DNA of 64,000 nt from an uncultured Bacteroidales bacterium (GCA_963828395.1 CAWHED010000005.1:9290-73289), one strand, 5' to 3'. Positions 12,484 to 22,791 are shown, counted from the stretch's first letter. The notes: generated by a model not told the origin, from the letters alone. Translations and numbers: made by a program.

Positions 12484-12517
12484 CTTTAGCTCACTCCGAA
12501 CTTTAGCTCACTCCCAA
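12484..12517. repeat. 17-bp tandem direct repeat covering the tdh stop codon
   Basis: CTTTAGCTCACTCCGAA (12484-12500) is followed by CTTTAGCTCACTCCCAA (12501-12517), identical at 16 of 17 positions. Confidence 0.9.
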
Positions 12518-13542
12518 CTCAGGATTACTTTCCCGCAGTTCCCTTCCTCCATGACGTCAAAACCCTTCTGGAACTCATCGATATGGAATCGGTGGGTGAT
12601 GATCGGTTCAAGGTTAATACCGCCGATGATCATCATCTGCATCTTGTACCATGTCTCCCACAGCTCGCGGCCATATATACCTTTCAGTGTCAGTGCCTTG
12701 AAAATTATATCGCTCCACGGAACCTCGAAGTTTGAAGGAAGGATCCCCAGCAGGGCTATGTTTGAACCGTTGTACATGTTTGCTATCATCTCCCGGAAGG
12801 CGGCGGGTGAACCCGACATCTCCAGCCCCACATCGAAGCCTTTCATGTGAAGAGGCTCGAGCACATCATGTATTTTTTGTCCTTTCTTAGGGTTAATCAC
12901 CATGGTGGCGCCCATTTTTTTTGCCAGCTCCAGCCGGTAGTCGCTCAGGTCACTGGCTACCACATTACGTGCTCCGGCAAACCTTGCAATGGCAACAGCC
13001 ATGCTTCCTATCAGCCCTGATCCTGTTATCAGGACATCCTCACCGAGCAGGGGAAAGGCCAGTGCAGTATGAGTGGCATTGCCGAACGGGTCCATTATGG
13101 CAGCCCATTCGTCAGGGATGCGGTGGTCAAGCAGCACGACATTCCTTGCCGGCACACGGACATACTCGGCAAACGACCCGTCGATATTTACTCCTATGCC
13201 TATAACGTTTTCGCATACATGTTCCCTCCCCCTGCGGCAGTTGCGGCACACGCCGCAGAAGAGATGCCCCTCACCCGTCACCCTGTCGCCAACCTTCACG
13301 TTGGTCACGCCTGGTCCGGCCTGCTCTACATAACCCATATACTCATGACCGATGGTCATCGGCACCTTGATGGTTTTCTGCGCCCACTCATTCCATTCGT
13401 AGATATGCAGGTCGGTGCCGCAGATAGCCGACTTTTTCACCTTTATGATGACATCATTATAACCCGGTTCCGGAATATCCACTTCCTGCATCCATAAACC
13501 CTTCGCAGCCTCAGCCTTGACAAGAGCCTTCATCTTCTTCAT
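12508..13542 (-). CDS. tdh: L-threonine 3-dehydrogenase (Zn-dependent MDR family)
   Basis: 344 aa and intact, with ICGTDLHIYEWNEWAQ, GHEYMGYV and the structural Zn Cys cluster CGVCRNCRRGREHVC. Confidence 0.9.
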   Translation of the reverse strand: MKKMKALVKAEAAKGLWMQEVDIPEPGYNDVIIKVKKSAICGTDLHIYEWNEWAQKTIKVPMTIGHEYMGYVEQAGPGVTNVKVGDRVTGEGHLFCGVCRNCRRGREHVCENVIGIGVNIDGSFAEYVRVPARNVVLLDHRIPDEWAAIMDPFGNATHTALAFPLLGEDVLITGSGLIGSMAVAIARFAGARNVVASDLSDYRLELAKKMGATMVINPKKGQKIHDVLEPLHMKGFDVGLEMSGSPAAFREMIANMYNGSNIALLGILPSNFEVPWSDIIFKALTLKGIYGRELWETWYKMQMMIIGGINLEPIITHRFHIDEFQKGFDVMEEGNCGKVILSWE

Positions 13543-13603
13543 AATGCTATTCTATTCTTTAAATCGTTATAATGTAAATTTAATACAAAAAGAGGAGTTT
13601 GTT

Positions 13604-13611
13604 TATCTTTG
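13604..13611 (+). promoter_or_regulatory. candidate -7 promoter box upstream of gltX
   Basis: TATCTTTG matches TAnnTTTG and lies about 68 nt upstream of the gltX ATG. Confidence 0.3.
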
Positions 13612-13678
13612 CCCGTACCGGCGCTTAATTTGAGTGTCGCATTGTATTATTTTGATTGTTTCTTTAAAGGTTACACAC

Positions 13679-15205
13679 ATGACTGACACGAAAATACGTG
13701 TGCGTTTTGCTCCCAGTCCCACCGGACCGCTGCATATCGGCGGAGTACGCACAGCACTCTATAATTATCTTTTTGCAAAACATTTTGACGGGGTATTTAT
13801 CCTCAGGATTGAAGACACCGATCAGGCCCGCTATGTAGAGGGTGCCGAAGAGTATATCATTGAAGCTCTCGGATGGGCGGGAATAAAAATTGACGAGGGA
13901 ATCAGGGAGGGTGGTCCTCATGCACCTTACCGCCAGAGTGAAAGAAAAGAGATCTATCACCAGTATGCTGAACAGCTGCTCAGCACCGGCGATGCCTATT
14001 ATGCTTTTGACGCTCCTGAAGAGCTGGAGAAGCTGAGACAGGAATATGAAGCACGCGGTGAGACATTCAATTACGGGTGCACCACGCGTAAGGGTATGTG
14101 CAACTCTCTCACCCTGAACTCTGAGGAAGTTAAAAAGAGGATCGCCTCCGGCGATCACTATGTGGTCAGGTACAGGATGCCTGAGAATGAAGACATTCAC
14201 TTCACTGACATTATAAGGGGAGAGATCGTTGTCAACACCTCAACCCTTGACGATAAGGTGCTGTACAAGTCCGACGGCATGCCTACCTATCACCTGGCAA
14301 ACATCGTGGATGATCATCTGATGGAGATATCACATGTTATCAGGGGCGAAGAGTGGCTTCCTTCCCTGCCTCTTCATGTGCTGCTGTATCGTTCCTTCGG
14401 GTGGGAGGCACCGCTGTTTGCCCACCTGCCGCTGCTGCTCAAACCGACGGGCAAGGGCAAGCTCAGCAAACGCGACGGCGACAAGATGGGCTTCCCTGTC
14501 TTTCCGCTCTACTGGCCTTACGGTGAGACGGCAACAGGCTACCGCGAGGAGGGCTACTTCCCTGAAGCCTTTGTGAATATGCTTGCACTGCTGGGATGGA
14601 ACCCGGGAACGGAACAGGAGCTATTCTCCATGGAAGAGCTGATACATGACTTCTCAATTGACAGGGTAGGTAAATCAGGCTCCCGCTTCGATCCCGAAAA
14701 GGCAAAGTGGTTCAATCATCAGTATATGCAGCGGAAGAGCACTGAAGAACTCGCCGGGTTATTTGCCCCGATTCTCAGAGAGAAGGGATTCAATCCTTCG
14801 CATGAAAGCCTGATGAAGCTTGTTTCGATGGTCAGGGAGAGAGCAACATTCGTAACAGACCTTTGGAAGGAAGCTGATTTTTTCTTCGTTGCACCTGATT
14901 CATACGATGAGAAAGAACTGAAAAAAAGATGGGATGACAGGACGGCTGAGATGATCAGATCTCTTCGCGGATTGGTTGCTTCATTTCAGGTATTTACTCC
15001 GGAGGAGATGGAAAAGGATGTAAGGGAATGGGTAAATGCAAACGGATATAATACCGGTAATGTATTCAATATGTTCAGGTTACTGTTAGTGGGAGCCTGC
15101 CGCGGCCCGCGTCTCTTTGACATTGCGGAATGGCTGGGCAGGGAGGAGACCCTTCGCAGGCTTGATACCGGACTCAGAAAGCTGGCACCCGGATATGATG
15201 CTTAA
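13679..15205 (+). CDS. gltX: glutamate--tRNA ligase
   Basis: ORF 13634..15205. The conserved start is MTDTKIRVRFAPSPTGPLHIGG (HIGH motif), and the KLSKRDG (KMSKS) motif is present. Confidence 0.95.
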   Translation: MTDTKIRVRFAPSPTGPLHIGGVRTALYNYLFAKHFDGVFILRIEDTDQARYVEGAEEYIIEALGWAGIKIDEGIREGGPHAPYRQSERKEIYHQYAEQLLSTGDAYYAFDAPEELEKLRQEYEARGETFNYGCTTRKGMCNSLTLNSEEVKKRIASGDHYVVRYRMPENEDIHFTDIIRGEIVVNTSTLDDKVLYKSDGMPTYHLANIVDDHLMEISHVIRGEEWLPSLPLHVLLYRSFGWEAPLFAHLPLLLKPTGKGKLSKRDGDKMGFPVFPLYWPYGETATGYREEGYFPEAFVNMLALLGWNPGTEQELFSMEELIHDFSIDRVGKSGSRFDPEKAKWFNHQYMQRKSTEELAGLFAPILREKGFNPSHESLMKLVSMVRERATFVTDLWKEADFFFVAPDSYDEKELKKRWDDRTAEMIRSLRGLVASFQVFTPEEMEKDVREWVNANGYNTGNVFNMFRLLLVGACRGPRLFDIAEWLGREETLRRLDTGLRKLAPGYDA

Positions 15206-15868
15206 TGAGGACATAAAATTTATCGATTTTCATTCGCACCGGGTAGAGGGAGAGGAACACACTCTTATTATAAAAAATCTTTTCGCTGGCGAAGAAGTAC
15301 CCGGTATCTGTGTCTCCCGGCATATATTATTCAGCAGGAATCCATCCGTGGTACCTTACAGTGGAAAACGCTGCTGAGATGATGCTGGCCCTGAAAAATA
15401 CTCTTAAACATCCGCGTGTTATTGCAGTTGGTGAGGCTGGATTTGATTCAATAAGAGGTCCGTCAAAAAAAATTCAATACGATGTTTTTATTTACCAGGC
15501 ACAACTTGCCGAAGAGTTTAACAAGCCTGTTGTGATCCATGCGGTGAGAGCCTGGGATGTTCTCAGGATGGCGAAGAAAGCGGTCAACCCTTCAGTAAAG
15601 TGGATTATTCACGGTTTCAGGGGAAAGGCGCAGCTGGCATCGGATCTTGTTCCGAAAACTTCATGATCTCTCTTGGTGTCGAAGGTATGTCACCGGAGGT
15701 GATTGAGGCATGCAGGAATGCAGAACATCCTTCTGGAAACAGACGATTCCGGCAGATCAATAAGTTCTGTTTACAGTCACTTTACCGCCATAAGCGGGAT
15801 CGGACAAGGACGAATTGATTGACAGGCTGAGGGACAACTTTAATTCATGCTTCGTCATTAAAAAGTAA
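15195..15868 (+). pseudogene. TatD-family metal-dependent hydrolase, several frameshifts
   Basis: Pieces in ORFs 15117..15377, 15310..15666 and 15600..15818, plus two further frames, read IKFIDFHSH, YYSAGIHPW, AVGEAGFD, VVIHAVRAW, IIHGFRG, NFMISLG, NILLETDDS and DKDELIDRLRDNFNSCFVIKK. Frame changes are near 15312, 15655, 15720 and 15802. Confidence 0.8.
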
Positions 15869-15869
15869 T

Positions 15870-16628
15870 ATGATGGAAGAGTGGCTGTCACGCACTGAAA
15901 TGGTTCTTGGGTGAGGAGGCTTTAAAGAAGCTGAAAGAGTCTCATGTGCTGGTTGCCGGTCTTGGAGGGGTTGGCTCATGGGCTGCCGAGATGATATGCA
16001 GGGCGGGAATAGGAAGGATGACAATCATTGACGGTGATATTATTACAACGGCAAACATAAACAGGCAATTACCCGCGCTGACATCAACCGTCGGTAAAAA
16101 AAAGGCGGAGGTGATGGGGGAGAGGCTGATGGATATCAATCCTGCCCTGCAGCTGAAGGTCATCACCGAGTTCATCCGCGATCAGACGGATGAATGATAT
16201 CCTTGAGGAGGAGAAATATGATTATGTCATTGATGCCATCGATACTCTTTCGCCCAAGGTTTTTTTAATTTATCACTCATTAAGTCTTAAGCTGAAAATA
16301 GTAAGCTCCATGGGTGCCGGCGGCAAGTTTGACCCCTGCACTATCAGGGTTGCCGATATCTCAGAAACCAATTTCTGCAATCTTGCCCGCATTCTGCGGA
16401 AGAAGCTTCACAAGCTGGGTGTGCGCGACGGTTTCCTGGCCGTTTACAGTCCCGAGGTAATTGACAAGGATAAAATAATCCGCGAATCTGACGAGACGCA
16501 ACAAGGCTTCAAAGGTAGGGACTGTATCCTACATGCCTGCCGCCTTCGGCATTGCCTGTGCTTCGGTGGTGATAAGGGAGCTTTCTGGTATGAAAGCTGG
16601 CCAAGCATTAGTAGGAATTAAGAATTAG
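15870..16628 (+). pseudogene. tcdA: tRNA threonylcarbamoyladenosine dehydratase (ThiF/E1-like), three +1 frameshifts
   Basis: The sequence reads MMEEWLSRTEMVLG / EEALKKLKESHVLVAGLGGVGSWAAEMICRAGIGRMTIIDGDIITTANINRQ / MNDILEEEKYDYVIDAIDTLSPK / RNKASKVGTVSYMPAAFGIACASVVIREL. The frame moves 0 to 1 to 2 to 0 near 15912, 16189 and 16496. Confidence 0.85.
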
Positions 16629-16731
16629 ATAATCAGTTGATTCGATAACCGCAGATCCGGCAGTGGCGGCTGCGTCCGTAAATTCTCCTGACCCTCAGAC
16701 TTTAGACTTTAAAGACTTCAAGGACTTTCGA

Positions 16732-18281
16732 CTATTCAGTCATTTTCCCTTTTATGGGCGGAAGATCAGTTCCGGGAGGTATACTGAGGTGAAGATTTAC
16801 TTCTACATTCTCTGCATCAAATATGCAGGTGATCTTATAGGAGTGCGGACTTTCAATGTATCTTAATACAAGTTCAAGCGTATTATCATCTTTCCAGCTG
16901 TAGGACCCTGCCGTCTTGTTCATGGACAAAGCCCCGGGCCTGCTTAAGATGTTAGGTCCGGCCAGTACTGTTTCAGCCAACGCCCATTTGCCGGAGCCAA
17001 ACGGAATAATGTAATCCGTACTATCAGAATTCATCGATAAATAGCAAGTGTCTCCTGAAAACCTTATTGAAAAGGATTCAAATTTCAGGTCATTCTTTTC
17101 GAGTGCGAATGTTTTTGATGACAGCTTTGAGGCCAGGGGTGATTCCGGTTTCCTGGCTGCCGGCGGAAGTGCCAGTGATGAAAGCCTCTGCTTCAGTGTT
17201 TCTTCAGCTTCCTTATTCTCAGCAAGCGGTTCGGCTTTCATAGCCGGCAGCAGGTATTTCCAAACCATATTAATCTCATCCTGCATGTCGGGAGATTCTG
17301 CAGTGATGGCAATAACTGGCATCTCTATCCGGCATGACTGATGATGAACTGTCCGAAGGCGCCGTCAGCCCTGAAAGCGTTGTCTCGGCAGCGCCAGAAC
17401 TGGTAGCAGTAACCTTGCAGCCAGTCGCTGGAGTCTCTTTTTGACTGAAGGGCGTCAGGTGCCTGGTCTATCTTGAATGTCGTTGCCTCTTCAACCCAGC
17501 TTGCAGGAATAACCTGTTTGCCGTTCCACATGCCTTTCTGCAGGTAGAGCTGTCCGAACTTAGCCATGTCTTCCGTTTTAACGAGTAAGCCCCAGCCGCC
17601 TGTGTTGATGCCATCGGGGTTGATTTCCCACTCCATGCCCTCAATGCCTAATGGACTGAACAGACGCGGTCTCAGATAGTCTATAACCATTTCTCCGGTT
17701 ACCTTCTGGACTATGGCTGACAGCATGAACGTGGCCATGGAATTGTAGAGAAATGTTGTACCCGGGTCATTGGTTACCGGGAAGGCAAGAAAAGACTTCA
17801 CCCATCCGGGACCGGCTGACCTGATGGCCCCTGTCGGTTCAGGCGACTGGCCTGCTGACATGGTAAGCAGATCCTTAACGGTCATGTCAGCCAGGAAGGG
17901 TGAAACTGAATCAGGCAGCTGATCAGGGAAGAAGGATATGACCTTGTCATTGACGGTGAGAAGCTTTTCGTTTACGGCAAAGCCGACGGCAGTCGAGGTA
18001 AAGCTTTTGCTTGTTGAGTAAAGGGTATGTCTCAGGTCTGGCTTGTATGGGTCCCACCATCCTTCGGCTATTACCTTGCCGTGCCGGAGGAACATGAAGC
18101 TGTGAAATTCCTGCCTGCTTGCGGCAGCAGAATCCAGGAAAGTGATAATGGCTTTGGATGAGACACCCTCAGCTTCAGGAGTGCTTCTTGGCAAGGAAGC
18201 GGTCACCGGGGTTTCATTTTTACAGGCGTCGGCAAGCAGAAGAATTACTACAATGTACAGGGTGAGTCGGAAGGTTTTCAT
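16732..18281 (-). pseudogene. serine hydrolase of the beta-lactamase family (lipoprotein), two close frameshifts
   Basis: The signal peptide is MKTFRLTLYIVVILLLADAC, and the S-x-x-K motif is YSTSKSFT. ORFs 17325..18329 and 16732..17322 join as GAFGQFII-VMPDRD-AVIAITAES if single bases near 17339 and 17319 are removed. Confidence 0.85.
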
Positions 18282-18638
18282 ATGATCAATGAATTGTTTA
18301 ATAGATATTGTCACAGGTGTCATGGCCAAAGACTTTTACTATGACAAATATACTAAAACCTCTATGAGGTATTTAGTAAAACTTAACATATTATTCTACA
18401 ATACCTTATGCGCTATGCGCATTGTATTTACACAAAATCAAAGAGATTCTGATTTCAAAATTCGTTCCTTCAACGGTTGTATAGACCCCTATCAACAATA
18501 TTGCTATTTTCCAAGGGTCCACTGATTAACTTCCTTTTCTTTATAATGATATGTAATTTTAATATCGACAATGCATAGTATATTTATTCGTTAATCATAT
18601 TAACCTTAGTTGTGGTGAAAATACCGAAAGGTAAAATT

Positions 18639-19719
18639 ATGAACAAGCGCAGATTTCTAAAAGCTCTAAAAAGAATAAAAAGATTACCAAAGTACAAGTA
18701 TTTCTTTTTCTATACTGCAAACAAGGTAAAGCACTTATACTTAAAACTTAGTCGATCTACCAGGGTTGCCTATCCTTCCACAATAATGCTCGAGCTGACA
18801 AATCACTGCAATCTTGCCTGCACCACTTGTCCCAGAAAGTATGATTATGGCAAGGAGATGGAAATAGGAACAATGAAAGTTGAATATGCAAAGGCTGTAA
18901 TTGATCAGGTATGGCCATATTTGGATTCAATTGGGCTTACAGGCATGGGAGAAACATTTCTATTCAGGCAGATTGAAGAAATTGTCGACTATATCAAGTC
19001 AAAAAACAAAGGAATAGTAATCTCAGTTTCCACAAATGCAGTTGTTCCGAATTTTATTGAAAAGATATCTCCATTGATTGGCAAGATTGACACAATTCAA
19101 GTTTCGATTGATGGTTTAAATGAAGTTTATGAGAACATCAGGAAAAATGCTTCTTTCAAAACCCTTGATGACAATTTGGAAACCCTGTCTGACCTTTGCA
19201 GAGGTAAAGGTACGGACCTTATACTGAACATGGTAGTCACCGAAGAAAATTACCGGGAGATGCCATTACTCGTTAAGTATTCCGAAGGGAAAGGGATAAA
19301 GTATATGGATTTCACTTTATTTAACCTGGTTGCCGTAACTAAAATTAATCGGTCGTATTATGAATTGTATAAATCACCTGATTTTTTAAAGGTTCTTTTA
19401 AAACTTGAAGAATCTGTAAGAAGCTCCAAAGATGTTATTGTTACTAACAGGAATTTTAAAACGGGAAGTGGATTTCACAAATGTCCATTCCCCTGGACAC
19501 ATTTTTACATTACCTGGAATGGATTTGTAACGCCTTGTTGTGCAAAACCATTTCCAAAAGAGCTTAATTTTGGAAATGTCTTTGACGGTAAGTTGATCGA
19601 TATTCTTAATAGTTAGTACTTTCAGGAAATTCCGGGATTTGTGGTACAAAAATGAAACGCCTGATTTCTGCAATAAATGCCATTTCATTGATATAGAGCC
19701 TGTCAAAGGCTATAATTGA
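18639..19719 (+). pseudogene. radical SAM protein with a SPASM/twitch-type C-terminal Cys cluster, one frameshift
   Basis: It has the CNLACTTC (CxxxCxxC) motif. The C-terminal part reads CPFPWTHFYITWNGFVTPCC and, after removing one T at 19613-19614, ILNSSTFRKFRDLWYKNETPDFCNKCHF. The region is visibly AT-rich. Confidence 0.8.
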
Positions 19720-19739
19720 TACAACCTCTCTGAAAACAG

Positions 19740-20732
19740 ATGATGACAAGAAAAAGAACCTGGATTTCGGTCGGGGATTATATAGACCTGAAAAATAAAA
19801 TCAAGCTGAAGGGATTGCTTGAATTAAAGTCCATATTCAGGTTCTCGGGCCAACAAAGAGCAATAAACAAATGGGATAATATCAAACCTTCATCTGACTT
19901 CTGGATTGTACCTGCAGTAAGAAAGCGATGGAACGAGAAATGTACAGGAGATCCAAACGTGGAATATGAAGATTATGTCGTAAAGAAACTCTTTAGCAAG
20001 GCAGAGAACCTGAGGATGATTTCCGTCGGCTGTGGAACTGGTGCAAGGGAAAGAAAATTTGGGAAGTATGAGAACTTTAGTTTGATTGAGGGGATAGATC
20101 TTGCGTCATCCAAAATTGAAGAAGCACGCAAGTATGCAATAAAGTCAAATTTGAATACCCTAAGATATTATGTCGGGGACTTCCGATCATTCGAATTTGA
20201 ACCCAACTCATATGATCTGATTTTATTTAATTCAAGCCTGCATCATTTTGATAGGATAGACCATTTAATGAGGTCAAAGGTACTGCCGCTCCTTAAGAAT
20301 GAAGGGTATCTCGTAATATTTGAGTATGTAGGTCCAAAAAGACTACAATGGACCAAAAGGCAGCTGGATTTTTCAAACAGGTTATTGAACGAGATGCCGG
20401 ATAAGTACAAGACCAGATTAAACAGTGCGACGATAAAAAAAAGAATATACAGACCTGGCCTATTAAGGATGTATCTTGTCGATCCTTCTGAAGCCGTAGA
20501 GTTCTAGGAGATATTACCCGTTATAAACAACTACTTTAAACCACTTGAAGAGAGGAAAGTCGGATGGGATGTCCTGCATCTGCTTTTGAAGGATATTTCA
20601 CATAACTTTCTTTCTGATGATAATGAGACCAAATCGTTACTCACTTACATTTTTGAACAAGAAGATAATTACATGTCAGAAACAGGTAGGAGTGATGGTA
20701 TTTTCGGAATATATCAGAAGCGGAGCCTGTGA
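19740..20732 (+). pseudogene. class I SAM-dependent methyltransferase interrupted by an in-frame TAG
   Basis: The SAM-binding motif is MISVGCGTGARE. ORF 19740..20507 ends at the TAG at 20505-20507. The same frame then continues for 74 more sensible codons (EILPVINNYFKPLEERKVGWDVLHLLLKDISHNF...) to the TGA at 20730-20732. Confidence 0.75.
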
Positions 20733-20820
20733 AGATTTTTGTGACGCTTTCCAGTTGCTCGCCGACCAGCTCCGTGCTGTAAGATATTATTGCAGACAGC
20801 ATCAGGAATTAAAAAACATT

Positions 20821-20828
20821 TATCTTTG
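20821..20828 (+). promoter_or_regulatory. candidate -7 promoter box for the tRNA
   Basis: TATCTTTG (TAnnTTTG) ends 12 nt before the tRNA 5' end. Confidence 0.4.
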
Positions 20829-20840
20829 CCACCTCAAACC

Positions 20841-20912
20841 GGCGCGTTCCTCTAACGGATAGGAGTTCGGTTTCTCACACCGACAATAGCAGTTCGATTC
20901 TGCTACGCGCTA
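20841..20912 (+). tRNA. tRNA-Glu (anticodon CUC)
   Basis: I folded a 72-nt cloverleaf by hand. The acceptor stem is GGCGCGT/ACGCGCT with G1-U72, and the D stem is CTCT/GGAG with a GG loop. The anticodon stem is TCGGT/ACCGA with loop TT-CTC-AC. The variable loop is 4 nt, and the T arm is AGCAG-TTCGATT-CTGCT. No CCA is encoded. Confidence 0.85.
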
Positions 20913-20947
20913 CAATTTTAATCCGGGATTAATTTCGACATTAAAGC

Positions 20948-20979
20948 AGAGGCAGGTCTCAGTCCTGCCTCTATTTTTT
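20948..20979 (+). terminator. intrinsic terminator after the tRNA
   Basis: AGAGGCAGG-TCTCAGT-CCTGCCTCT is followed by ATTTTTT. Confidence 0.75.
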
Positions 20980-20990
20980 CACACCTGTAA

Positions 20991-21452
20991 TTATTTTGCG
21001 GTAATGCTGTCTGCCGACCTCTGTGCCCAGTTAATAACCAGGTCCTTTTCATCTGTACTGAGCCGGGCATCTTTATGCATAATTTTATAAGACTTCAAAG
21101 GCATAAAATCCTTTTCAATAACTCCGGCAACTCCCTCCAGTTTGCTTATTTGTTTCCTTGGGGTATAACCGCCAAACTCACTGAAATTCAGACCATCCCG
21201 CGCATCCGCAATATGCCCTGACATCCACCATCCGGCAGGCTGAATATTGACATACCATGGATACCTGGTATTATTGCTGTGACAGTCATAACATGCATTC
21301 TGCAGGATGACCTTAACCGAATCAGGCATGCTGAACACACCCGAAATATCGGAAGACAATGCCTTGCTGTCAATCTTACGGTCAGGACGGAAGAACTGAA
21401 TAGCCACAAAGGCAATCACTATGACTATCAAAATCTTTTTGGCAAGTTTCAT
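20991..21452 (-). CDS. haem-binding domain-containing protein
   Basis: ORF 20991..21494, probable start MKLAKKILIV. It has one TM segment and then NACYDCHSNNTRYPWYVNIQPAGWWM...MPLKSY, typical of the Haem_bd family often found next to Cu efflux genes. Confidence 0.8.
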   Translation of the reverse strand: MKLAKKILIVIVIAFVAIQFFRPDRKIDSKALSSDISGVFSMPDSVKVILQNACYDCHSNNTRYPWYVNIQPAGWWMSGHIADARDGLNFSEFGGYTPRKQISKLEGVAGVIEKDFMPLKSYKIMHKDARLSTDEKDLVINWAQRSADSITAK

Positions 21453-21518
21453 TGTTATTTTTAATTCTTCTTTTATTACACCACAAGTTAGCATTTCTTT
21501 ATTATACGTAAGGCAATA

Positions 21519-22786
21519 CTATTTCGGATTCATCATGCTCGGTTTTCCCTCAAGCTGTGCAGCCGCATCAACACTGAAGGCGCCGCTGGTAACTATCTCT
21601 TCGCCTTCTGTCAGGCCGTCAGTAACCACATAACTTTCTCCGAGCATCGGGCCCAGTCCAATTTCACGTATTTTAAAGACCGGTTCATCAGTATCCGGTT
21701 GTTTTACATATACGATGGAACGCTTGCCGGTCCATAAGACTGCAGATTTAGGAATTACCAGGTTATCACGGTATTTCATCAGATTTGAAGAGACAATGCC
21801 GGTTGCGAACATCTCGGGTTTGAACTTGCCGGACTGATTTGCCATTTCGACCCTTACTTTAGCCACCCGGGTGACCGGATCAATTACGGGGTCAACAAAA
21901 ACAATATTGGCCGAAAAATTCTCCCCGGGCAACGACTGAAGTGTGAATGAGATTTTTTCTCCTTTTTGCAGGAATTGGAGGTCACTTTCATAGGCATCGA
22001 ACATGACCCACACTCTTGAGAGATCGGCAATATCAAATAAAACCGTGCCCTGTGAGACATAATCACCGGTATTAACCCTCCTTGAGGTAACAATGCCGCT
22101 CGAATTCGATGTAATATCAACGGTATTCTGAACAGCTCCCGATGCCTCAATATTTGCGATCTGATCGTCCGTGAGCTTCCATTGGTGAAGTTTTTCTTTG
22201 GCTGCTTCGTATATTGCCGGTTGTGATCTCTTTGGTTTTAGCCGCTTCCAGCAGCTCCTGCTGTGCTGTGACCAGTTCGGGAGAATAAATCTGCGCCAGC
22301 ACCTGTCCTTTTACTACGGATTCACCGGTGAAGTTTACCGCCAGCCGATCTATCCTGCCCGGCACATGTGCAACCTGGCTCTGCAACAATCTTTCATCTG
22401 CCTGTACATTTCCGTAAAGCCTGATTTCCTTTACCGGGTTTTGCTTTGAAACCACAGTAGTAAGTACATTGGCCAACTGGGCTGCTTCCGGAGTGAGATG
22501 TATAGCCATCGGGATCGACTGATGCAGAACTGTTCTGAACAAGAGGGATCAGATCCATACCGCAGATCGGGCATTTGCCCGGTTCGTCCAGGCGTATCTG
22601 CGGGTGCATGGCGCAGGTCCATATTGTACCCTGAACTACTTCTGATGGGTGATTATGTTTCTCCCCGTTTTTTTGCGATGGATGAAAGAACAGCCAGCCC
22701 AAAAAGACACCAAGTATCAGTAACAGGCTGTATTTCAAATATTTATTTGAAAATATCTTAAACTCCAGAGCTTTTTCATTGTACAT
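21519..22786 (-). pseudogene. CusB-like efflux RND periplasmic adaptor with an N-terminal metal-binding CxxC domain, two frameshifts
   Basis: Fragments 22394..22831, 22147..22542 and 21519..22013 (plus its start-less upstream extension) contain WTCAMHPQIRLDEPGKCPICGMDL, HVPGRIDRLAVNFTGESVVKGQVLAQIYSPEL and SGIVTSRRVNTGDYVSQGTVLFDIADLSRVWV. Frame changes are near 22504 and 22221. The 1268 nt equal 3n+2. Confidence 0.85.
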
Positions 22787-22791
22787 CGAAC

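Noticed and set aside
16696-16731. A run of GACTT-containing units (GACTTTA GACTTTAAA GACTTCAAG GACTTTC GACT) in the convergent gap after tcdA. I considered it as a CRISPR-like or regulatory repeat.
   Set aside because: The units are only 7-9 nt, irregular and without spacers, and no cas genes are present. It is most likely low-complexity sequence.
20505-20507. TAG decoded as pyrrolysine or otherwise recoded.
   Set aside because: The window contains no pyl genes, no PYLIS-like context and no other evidence of recoding. A substitution or a base-call error is far more likely.
20617-20862. An 81-aa plus-strand ORF spanning the methyltransferase tail and the first bases of the tRNA.
   Set aside because: It overlaps a well-folded tRNA and the in-frame continuation of the methyltransferase, and it has no recognisable motif. 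I treat it as spurious.
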